Below, one piece after another: positions 16,742 through 24,403 of a stretch of 31,249 nt of DNA. The stretch's first letter is position 1, and every line of letters begins with the position of its first letter. Below the pieces are notes generated by a model. That model searched no databases and was not told the origin of the DNA. It saw only the letters and a list, made by a program, of their open reading frames with translations. Source of the DNA: a virus (Duplodnaviria; Caudoviricetes); IMG/VR virus record IMGVR_UViG_3300027197_000009, positions 1 to 31,249 of that record; one strand, given 5' to 3'. The position numbers were made by a program, and so were the translations under genes.

Positions 16742-17664
16742 ACTTTTTCTTTTAATTCGTTAACTTGTTCTAATAAGAATTCTTGAAAGGATAGGATTTC
16801 CCAGTCTGAGAAGATTTCTCTGACTTTAGTTGAGTTTAGTGCATATCTTCGATCATGACCTAAACGATCTGTAACATATTCAAACCTTGGTGTTTTACCC
16901 AACATTTCACCGATCATGTTCACGATTTCAATGTTTTCGTAACGTTCTCCTGAGCCAATGTTGTAAACTTCATTTAATTGATCAGATAACATTAGTTCAT
17001 AAATCAGTTGAACATTGTCTTCAACATCGATCCACTCTCGAACTTGGCGACCATCTCCGTAAACTGGAATAGTCTTATCTTCTTTAATTGATTGGATGAT
17101 TTTTGGAATAAATTTCTCTGCGTTTTGATGAGCTCCATAATTATTACAAGTTCGTGTAATTAAATATGGAAGTCCGAATGTACGGCCTGCTGCTTCAACT
17201 AAAAGATCAGAAGCTGCTTTACTTGCAGAATAATAAGAAGATCCGTGTAATGGATATTTCTCATGAGCTTCTGCTAAAGTATCTATATCATTCATATCTC
17301 CATAAACTTCATCGGTTGAAATATGAATAAACTTTTTTAGATTTTTGTTTTGACGAGCACATTCAATAAGGTTAAAGGTTCCTTCAACATTAGTGCGAAT
17401 AAATGGTCGGCCATCTTTAATAGAATTATCAACATGACTTTCCGCTGCAAAATGGACCAAATAATCATAATCACCGAGATCTTCTACGGTTACATCGCAA
17501 ATATCTTCTTTGATTAGAGTTACTTGTGTTTTGAGATTATTTGGGTTTGCTGCATAAGTCATCTTATCAACTACAACTACCTGTGCAGTTGGCAATTTAC
17601 GGCCCAACAAATTTACGAATGATGAGCCAATAAAACCCATACCACCTGTTACTACTATTCTCAT
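16738..17664 (-). CDS. rmlB: dTDP-glucose 4,6-dehydratase
   Basis: TGGMGFIG, DKMTYA, HFAAESHVDNSI, HISTDEVYG, YSASK, NNYG and DRLGHDRRY. Confidence 0.93.
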   Translation of the reverse strand: MRIVVTGGMGFIGSSFVNLLGRKLPTAQVVVVDKMTYAANPNNLKTQVTLIKEDICDVTVEDLGDYDYLVHFAAESHVDNSIKDGRPFIRTNVEGTFNLIECARQNKNLKKFIHISTDEVYGDMNDIDTLAEAHEKYPLHGSSYYSASKAASDLLVEAAGRTFGLPYLITRTCNNYGAHQNAEKFIPKIIQSIKEDKTIPVYGDGRQVREWIDVEDNVQLIYELMLSDQLNEVYNIGSGERYENIEIVNMIGEMLGKTPRFEYVTDRLGHDRRYALNSTKVREIFSDWEILSFQEFLLEQVNELKEKV

Positions 17665-18239
17665 GCTTGTTCTAATAATTCTTTAATTGCATTTTTATAT
17701 TGATCTTCTGTAAGATTTCCTTCAGCATGTTGAGCAATTTGATCTCTAATTGCTAACATTAATCTTTGTGCTGACGAAGTTGAATTTTCATTCTTTGCAC
17801 GGTCTACAATTTCTGGATTTTGCTTTACAGTTTGAATAGTAATCAAATCTTTCAACTTAGTAGTTGACCAGTCATGTGAACGTGTTGTGTAAATAACTTC
17901 AGGTGGAAGATTATCACCAGTAAAGCGCTTACCAATGTAATCATCTCCTAAAATACGAATATCTGGCTTATAGAACTCGATTAATTTAATTAGGTCTTCT
18001 TCAGTTTGATAACATACTACCTCATCTACATATTTAATAGCCATTAAAGTCTTGTATCGTTCATACAATGGAATAACTGGTTTATATTTTGTAAATCGAG
18101 TTTCTGAGGGATCCATTTGCAAAAACACCATAAAATAATCACAGTGTTGTTTAGCGGTTTCAAATGTATAAATGTAACCAGGGTGCAAAAGATCAAAATT
18201 ACCAGCGGTAAAGCCGATTTTACCTTTATTTTTATCCAT
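17661..18239 (-). CDS. Cytidylyltransferase (TagD/glycerol-3-phosphate CT-like)
   Basis: AGNFDLLHPGY (HxGH variant), YER, YVDEV, LGDDY and RSHDWSTT (RTxGISTT-like), plus a helical C-terminal extension. Confidence 0.85.
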   Translation of the reverse strand: MDKNKGKIGFTAGNFDLLHPGYIYTFETAKQHCDYFMVFLQMDPSETRFTKYKPVIPLYERYKTLMAIKYVDEVVCYQTEEDLIKLIEFYKPDIRILGDDYIGKRFTGDNLPPEVIYTTRSHDWSTTKLKDLITIQTVKQNPEIVDRAKNENSTSSAQRLMLAIRDQIAQHAEGNLTEDQYKNAIKELLEQA

Positions 18240-18477
18240 GTAATCTACTTTCTTTTAATTTTAAGCATAAATATAGTTGACGCGATATATCTTGTACTAT
18301 TTCCTGTGAATAAGTTTCATTCAAAACCATAATTAATACGAAGTTATCTACCATCTTGGCAGCAGTTTCAAGTTGACAACGCGTTTGACAACTTTCAATG
18401 GTTAATTCGATTTTTTCAATCGCCTTACTTGACCATGATTCGTAATTATCGGGTTTAAATAGGAATGGTTGCATCAT
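18232..18477 (-). CDS. Hypothetical protein
   Basis: 81-aa ORF, the first gene after promoter copy 3. Confidence 0.7.
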   Translation of the reverse strand: MMQPFLFKPDNYESWSSKAIEKIELTIESCQTRCQLETAAKMVDNFVLIMVLNETYSQEIVQDISRQLYLCLKLKESRLHG

Positions 18478-18501
18478 TATAAGTTAGAAGCCTTGTAAAA
18501 T

Positions 18502-18532
18502 AAAAAAGCTCGATAATTATATCGAGCTTTTT
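18502..18532 (-). terminator. Terminator-like hairpin ending the virion-protein array
   Basis: 12-bp inverted repeat AAAAAGCTCGAT (18503-18514)/ATCGAGCTTTTT (18521-18532) with A/T tracts on both sides. Confidence 0.7.
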
Positions 18533-18546
18533 AAAAATGTTTCAAA
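18516..18546 (-). promoter_or_regulatory. Promoter-like TTGAAA-N18-TATAAT (copy 3) upstream of the sugar-enzyme genes
   Basis: TTGAAA at 18545-18540 and TATAAT at 18521-18516 on the - strand; the -10 lies almost entirely in the hairpin loop. Confidence 0.7.
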
Positions 18547-18551
18547 TGAAA

Positions 18552-20147
18552 TTAACTTTGATAAGGTGCGTATAATGACGTTAACCAATCTCTTAATTCC
18601 TTTGAGTCTTCAGCCTTAAGATATTTTAATACTTCTTTAATAAAGTCCTTTAAATTCTTAGCTTCTTGAGCAATAATATCAATTTCTGACATAGAACCTT
18701 CTAACATTAAAGATTCTAAAGCTCCCGCTAATTCAGCGTTTCTATCTTTACCCATTACAGCTTGATTTAATTCTTTCTCTAAAGATTTTTTCTGTGCAGT
18801 AAGTTCTTTTAATCTTGCTAAAAAGTTAGCTTCAGCTTTAGTATCACCTGATTCTTTAGCGACTTTCCAGTTTAAAACAACTTCAGACATTTCAGATACT
18901 ACAGCTGAGTATTCTTTTTGAATCTTATTGATTGAACGAGCTTCATTAACTTCTTCTGATTCATATGTTGGAACAACACCTAACTTGTTAGCAGTTTGAC
19001 CAATTTTGTTTTCAACTCCTTCAAGATTTTTAATAATACCTTCAATGGCTTTTCTCCATTTAGCATCAGTTGTCTCTTCTGCTAAATCATTTAATTTACC
19101 GTATATGCTATGAATATCACCTCCAACTTCATCCATAATATCTACTTCAGTTCGACCAGTATAGATTGTTTTTTCATCAATTTCTTCTGATGTTGCTTGA
19201 TATAATTCACCTGAAACTTCATCAGCCAGCTTTTCAGAAGCTGATTTTTCTTCGTTAATTACAGATTCAGACACTTTCTTCTTAAGCCATTTATTAGCGT
19301 CTCTAACAATAAATTCGTCTGAAGTTCCTTTAACCTTACCTACAACATCTCCATTAGGTTTGATATCAGTGATTTCAACTTCCTTATCTCCATCAACATG
19401 CTTCCACATCCAAACTTGACCAGCTTTGAATTTAGCTTCATTAACCACTGATTCAGCTAACATCATTTCAAGCTTGTTTCTCTTAGCAATAAGCTTTTGA
19501 ATCTCATCTTCAATCTTGTTTAGCTTATCGCCATATTCATCGGCAATTGGACCACCTTCAGCTTCAGCCTCTTCTTCCATGTCAATTAGCATTTGACCTC
19601 TATCAGAATAAAGGTCTTTTAGCTCTTGGCTAATGTACCATAGATCATCTTCAGCTTTTAGTCTCTGCTTACCATAAAGAGGTTTGCGCTTTGGTTTTGC
19701 CAATTCAGCTTCGCGCTTCATTTTAGCAGCTCTAAACGCGATTAGAATTGGATCATTAATACCCATTTCATTTACTGCTTCTTTGCTGGTAGAAAGAAAT
19801 TCTTCGTATGTTGCGATTTTGTGCTTAAATTTCATTTTCTTTTTATATCTTTTTTTAGCATCTCCTCGACCTGCTGGGACATCACCAGATCCAACTTCTG
19901 TTTTGATAGGTAGTTGAACTTGACCCATACCTCCAATCGAAGCTGGTGTAATATTTTCAACAACTTCAGGTAAACCTTCATGCGGAGTAGATGCAAAATC
20001 TTTAAGATCCTTTAAGGACATGCCGTCCACTAATTCTTTTACCTTGTCTCTGTACTCGCTATCAATGTCAGAAAGTTGCATATCACCAGATTTAACAGCG
20101 TATGCAACTCCCATTAGTCGTTGTTGTGATTTACTTGTACTTGGCAT
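18552..20147 (-). CDS. Multi-module probable virion/internal head protein with an N-terminal DUF3008-like domain
   Basis: MPSTSKSQQRLMG...DLKDFASTPHEGLP resembles DUF3008. Modules are separated by ESVVNE, ESVINE and EEVNE linkers. Confidence 0.65.
   Translation of the reverse strand: MPSTSKSQQRLMGVAYAVKSGDMQLSDIDSEYRDKVKELVDGMSLKDLKDFASTPHEGLPEVVENITPASIGGMGQVQLPIKTEVGSGDVPAGRGDAKKRYKKKMKFKHKIATYEEFLSTSKEAVNEMGINDPILIAFRAAKMKREAELAKPKRKPLYGKQRLKAEDDLWYISQELKDLYSDRGQMLIDMEEEAEAEGGPIADEYGDKLNKIEDEIQKLIAKRNKLEMMLAESVVNEAKFKAGQVWMWKHVDGDKEVEITDIKPNGDVVGKVKGTSDEFIVRDANKWLKKKVSESVINEEKSASEKLADEVSGELYQATSEEIDEKTIYTGRTEVDIMDEVGGDIHSIYGKLNDLAEETTDAKWRKAIEGIIKNLEGVENKIGQTANKLGVVPTYESEEVNEARSINKIQKEYSAVVSEMSEVVLNWKVAKESGDTKAEANFLARLKELTAQKKSLEKELNQAVMGKDRNAELAGALESLMLEGSMSEIDIIAQEAKNLKDFIKEVLKYLKAEDSKELRDWLTSLYAPYQS
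19192..19261. repeat. 70-nt dispersed repeat, copy A (encodes INEEKSASEKLADEVSGELYQAT)
   Basis: 66/70 identical to 22517-22586 by manual alignment; the peptide is identical. Confidence 0.92.
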
Positions 20148-20149
20148 AA

Positions 20150-20692
20150 TTATTTTTCGTCAGCCATCATAGTCTCACGACCTCTGATCTCAACATTGTT
20201 ATGACCAACTTCTGGATCGAATGCTCCCATGATTTCAACATCTTTAGATGCAATAAAAAGTGGAGTGTTCAACCCGCCATCAAGTTTTCTTGAATATCTG
20301 CTACCATCAGCGTCATCCATGAAACCAACGTTGATTACAAAGTCGTTTGGAATGTAGAATCTCATTACACCGCCTACACCATCGCCGAACTCAGGGTTTA
20401 ATTCCCATTTCGAGTTCAATGAAGCTGTAATAAATGCAACCTCTTCTTTGTTCTTAACGGCTTTCATTACTCTGTCAATAATGATTTTAGCGCCGTCCTT
20501 TGGAGCCCATTTAGCCCAAGCTGCATTAACTTCGTCTAGGGTTTCAACTGGATCACCGTTGTGGCTGATTCTTTCAATCTCTTTTTTAAATGCTTGCATT
20601 AAAGCTCCAATAATACCTTTAGATGCATACATTCCAGTTAATCTGTAAACTTTTTCGTTTGCGAATTGTTCAAATAATTTTACGTGTTTCAT
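20150..20692 (-). CDS. Probable internal head protein (MKHVKLFEQFANE leader)
   Basis: Leader shared with at least four other ORFs in the array. Confidence 0.65.
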   Translation of the reverse strand: MKHVKLFEQFANEKVYRLTGMYASKGIIGALMQAFKKEIERISHNGDPVETLDEVNAAWAKWAPKDGAKIIIDRVMKAVKNKEEVAFITASLNSKWELNPEFGDGVGGVMRFYIPNDFVINVGFMDDADGSRYSRKLDGGLNTPLFIASKDVEIMGAFDPEVGHNNVEIRGRETMMADEK

Positions 20693-20718
20693 TTTTTATA
20701 TGTATTAGTGTTTAAGTT

Positions 20719-22881
20719 TTACCAAGCATAGTCAAACGTTGGGATCTTCTTGATTTTATCTGCAACGTCTTTAGCGTATTGTTTAACGTATTCTGTGTAA
20801 TATGAAGTTCTTTCTCCATCCTGTGTGGCCTTTGTAACTTTATTAGAATATTCAACATAATTTGAGTATGCATCGAGAATACTTGACATATGATTTGAAG
20901 CATCTCTTAACTTAGCATCGTTTCCTTTTTTATTGGTTCCGATCTTAATATCACCGTATCTTGTCGTTTCTCCAGCTGCTAAACCTTTTTTAATTTGATT
21001 AGTTAACATATTAATTGCTTTGTCAACTTCCTTGTCTAATGGGAGTGCTGCAGCCTTAGTAGATAAAATTTCTGTATATCTCTTTTGATTAATCGCTTTA
21101 AATTCTTTATCGTTCATAAAAGCAATTGCACCTTTCTTAGCAGCAGCTCTTTCAACTCTTTGATCTGTTGATGAAGGAAGAATTGAAGGGTCAAACATTA
21201 GAACTCTATCTGCAACTTCAGAAAGTCTTTTGATGTTTGATAGACCTGAAGCACCATAGCCAGAGTGTCTCTTATCTACACCATGACCTTCTCCGTATCT
21301 ACCAACGTTCTTAAGCGTCTTGCTATTGTCTTTAGTAGCCCAAGATTTTTCCCATGACACGTTAAACATTTCGTTTCTACCATTTGCAACTGCAAGTAGA
21401 GTGTTTCCTGGAATGTTTTTATTCCATGAGTTTCTGTCAGCATACGGATTAGTCTTCTCATTGTCGGAAATGTAGAAGAATAGTGCGTCTGGATGTGCTT
21501 TAGTTTTGTAAGCCTCTTTTGGAGTCATTTCAACAACTTGATCGTCAGTGATCTGATCTAGTTTTACTCTTGTGAATGCTGCAACCGCCTTAAAGAAAGA
21601 CTGGTCTCCATAATTTAGATTAGCGATCGAAGAAAGCTTTGAAGATTTGAATGCTTCGTTAATTAAAGTCGATTCGTTTAAATTAAACTTAGAGATTGCA
21701 GTGTATAGTTTATCAGCTGCTGCTTCTTGATCGATAGATCTTAAGAAATCTACAGTACCGTTTGCAATTGCATACCCAGACCATCCTGCTGCACTAGAAA
21801 TATTAGAAGGGTCTACATCCATTTTCTTAGCTCTTGATGCAGAACCAATTGCTTTAGAAGTTACGATTTCTCTATGGAAATTTGCATCTTCCATTGCATC
21901 AGCATATACCTTAGCAATTGCATCAAGATCTGTAAGACCTGTTTTTTTCCACGCAGTAACTACTTTACCGTTTTCTGTTTTACCTTCATTAATTTGTTGA
22001 TTCTCATTTAATGAGTTAACGAATTCTGTGAATGATTCGTAAATAAAATTGTTTGCCATTTCTGTGTTATTATTTTCTGATAGGTCTAAGCTCCAGCCGT
22101 ATTCTACATACGCAATTGCATCAACTACACCAACATCATATTTTTTTGCTAATTCGATAATCTTTTCTCTTGTGATTTGAGAAGCTTTTAATTTACCTAC
22201 TGCTTTATCAAAATCACCAGGAACCCATACTTCTGGATTCTTAGTTGTTTTTTCATCTACTGATTCTGCCACTTTAAGATCGAATGGTAAATCAGAAGGA
22301 TCGTAATATCCATCTTCCATATGAAGACCGAACCATTTTCTACCATCTGTAAAATAGAACCAACCATGTGCAACATCGTGAACAACATTGAATACTTTCT
22401 TTTCCATTTTAACTGGCTTGCCCTTACCTTTTGCAAGATATTTTAGGACTGGAACTCCATCGTCCCAAGTTTGTGTTGTAGTAGTTGCAGTAACTGTAGC
22501 TGAGTTTCCTCTTAGAGTTGCTTGATATAGTTCGCCTGAAACTTCATCAGCCAGCTTTTCAGATGCTGATTTTTCTTCATTAATTAAAGCTTCATTTACT
22601 GCGATGCTCTTTAGAATTCTTTTACCGAACTTAGATAATGAAACTCCTTCTTCAGATACGCTGAAATATCTTGAGTTTCTCTTAACCCATCTTTTAGAAT
22701 CATTAGAAATTTCAGAGACAATATTTTCAAACTCTTCAGTTGTAATAGATCCGTCTGCAATTGCTTCTAAAATTTTATTACGTACTCTAGCAGATTGACC
22801 AGCTTCTAGTGCTGGGTGATTTTCAGTATATCTTCTTTTAATAGTAATACGTCTTTCGTTTAAGAAATTATTGAAATCCAT
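20719..22881 (-). CDS. Multi-module probable internal head protein
   Basis: MDFNNFLNE start, an internal ESFTEFVNSLNE and several [LIV]NE linkers; contains repeat copy B. Confidence 0.65.
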   Translation of the reverse strand: MDFNNFLNERRITIKRRYTENHPALEAGQSARVRNKILEAIADGSITTEEFENIVSEISNDSKRWVKRNSRYFSVSEEGVSLSKFGKRILKSIAVNEALINEEKSASEKLADEVSGELYQATLRGNSATVTATTTTQTWDDGVPVLKYLAKGKGKPVKMEKKVFNVVHDVAHGWFYFTDGRKWFGLHMEDGYYDPSDLPFDLKVAESVDEKTTKNPEVWVPGDFDKAVGKLKASQITREKIIELAKKYDVGVVDAIAYVEYGWSLDLSENNNTEMANNFIYESFTEFVNSLNENQQINEGKTENGKVVTAWKKTGLTDLDAIAKVYADAMEDANFHREIVTSKAIGSASRAKKMDVDPSNISSAAGWSGYAIANGTVDFLRSIDQEAAADKLYTAISKFNLNESTLINEAFKSSKLSSIANLNYGDQSFFKAVAAFTRVKLDQITDDQVVEMTPKEAYKTKAHPDALFFYISDNEKTNPYADRNSWNKNIPGNTLLAVANGRNEMFNVSWEKSWATKDNSKTLKNVGRYGEGHGVDKRHSGYGASGLSNIKRLSEVADRVLMFDPSILPSSTDQRVERAAAKKGAIAFMNDKEFKAINQKRYTEILSTKAAALPLDKEVDKAINMLTNQIKKGLAAGETTRYGDIKIGTNKKGNDAKLRDASNHMSSILDAYSNYVEYSNKVTKATQDGERTSYYTEYVKQYAKDVADKIKKIPTFDYAW
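22517..22586. repeat. 70-nt dispersed repeat, copy B
   Basis: Matches 19192-19261 with 4 substitutions. Confidence 0.92.
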
Positions 22882-22910
22882 GTGTATTGTTATTTTTTAT
22901 AATATTAGAT

Positions 22911-22919
22911 TATATATCT
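22911..22919 (-). promoter_or_regulatory. AGATATATA late-promoter-like motif upstream of the 720-aa gene
   Basis: Third gene-junction copy of the motif, about 30 nt before the ATG. Confidence 0.5.
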
Positions 22920-24403
22920 TACTTTTTAACCATCTTGAAAGAAAACTTGTTTCTTGTTGGCATGTTGACCGATGGAGTTGCATTAAATAAAAACTTGCCT
23001 TCAGCAAACTTTTTTAATAAGTATTTTTGATATTTTTTCTTAGTGTTAATAGATAAATCAATGTATAATTGTAGAACATCAAATTTTTGAACAACTGATG
23101 CCAATGCGTCAATTAATAAATCATTGTCGTTTAATTGATCTTTAACGTGATATGCAAGAGGTGAGAATATCAAACCGTAACCTTCTTTACGCTGAATAGC
23201 ATCTTCAATTTGTAATTCTTTATTATCCCAACCATCTGGTTTTTTATTTAATCTACTAAAGTATGTGTCAAACTTTTCATATGCTTCATCTGGATTCTTA
23301 GTGAAATATTCACGTACCCATTGTGTTAGTTTAGTAGAATCTAATTTATCGGCCTTTAAGTTTTTATCACCTAAGAGTTCTTTAAGATATTCCCATCCTG
23401 GTGTATTTAATAATTCAGCAACTTTAAACATTCCCATGAATGCAGTTTCATTACCAAATAACTGAACTACCTTTAACATTAACTTTTCATTTTCAGTTGA
23501 CATTAAGTTTTCCCATTTTGATGGATTTTGTGAAATTAAAGATGCAACATTACTTAAAGAAGCACTTGCACCGGTTCCAGCTTTCATTGATAAACCCTGT
23601 CCATCAATATAAAAGTCAACAAGTGGTTCATTGGCAGCAGTTGGAAATTCTAACCCTTTAGCTCCACCGCCTGTCATTTGTAACATATAGATACCTCCTA
23701 AAATTTCACCATAATCTTTTGCAATTTTAGCAACATCTGGATCACTTAAGTGATCTCCATATTCTCCTTCGAAAAATATTTGATCAGTTGCTCCTGCTGC
23801 TACGTCTGAAACGTGAGTATATCTCTTTTTAATTGTTCTTAAGCTATCGATTAGGAGTAACATGAACTCTTTATGAACTTCTGAAATCGATTCATTAGAT
23901 ACTAATTGAAGTAAAGCCGTTTCAACTGCTCTTTTAACCTCATCTAAATTTTTAAATGTTTTACCTCCGAGACCTAAGCCATCTGGGGTTAACATTTTAT
24001 TTTGAATATTTGATTTTGCCTTTAAGTTATCGATAATGTAAACGACATCTCCGGGTTGGGCTTTGTATTTATTAATTGAGATTGGATTTAAAATAGTAAT
24101 CTTATATGTATTATAAGTTCCTGATTTAGCATCTCCTTTTTTAGCTCTATCTGGTCCCTCAAACGTAATAGTATAGTGTTGTTGATTAATTCCTTTCAAG
24201 GCAACATTGCTTAAATAATCAACTGTTTGTTTAGAATCTCCTGAAATACCAAAACGAAGCTCGTCTAATTTCTGTGTTTTGTTACCTCTGACTTTATTCT
24301 TTAATAAAATATCTCTAATGACTTGTGATAATCCTTGACTATAAGGCTGTCTTGCCTCATTCATTGCTTTTTGAAACTTAACTCTTATGTCTTTATAATT
24401 CAT
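22919..24403 (-). CDS. Hypothetical protein with a PD-(D/E)xK-like nuclease motif
   Basis: KDYGEILG...FPTAANEPLVDFY...GLSMKAG fits an E...PxxD...SxK arrangement; N-terminal FQKAMNE. Confidence 0.5.
   Translation of the reverse strand: MNYKDIRVKFQKAMNEARQPYSQGLSQVIRDILLKNKVRGNKTQKLDELRFGISGDSKQTVDYLSNVALKGINQQHYTITFEGPDRAKKGDAKSGTYNTYKITILNPISINKYKAQPGDVVYIIDNLKAKSNIQNKMLTPDGLGLGGKTFKNLDEVKRAVETALLQLVSNESISEVHKEFMLLLIDSLRTIKKRYTHVSDVAAGATDQIFFEGEYGDHLSDPDVAKIAKDYGEILGGIYMLQMTGGGAKGLEFPTAANEPLVDFYIDGQGLSMKAGTGASASLSNVASLISQNPSKWENLMSTENEKLMLKVVQLFGNETAFMGMFKVAELLNTPGWEYLKELLGDKNLKADKLDSTKLTQWVREYFTKNPDEAYEKFDTYFSRLNKKPDGWDNKELQIEDAIQRKEGYGLIFSPLAYHVKDQLNDNDLLIDALASVVQKFDVLQLYIDLSINTKKKYQKYLLKKFAEGKFLFNATPSVNMPTRNKFSFKMVKK

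Noticed and set aside
9480-21461. Alternative-frame - strand ORFs 9480-9692, 20712-20903 and 21276-21461
   Set aside because: They are nested within nrdA or the 720-aa gene in another frame and have no independent support.
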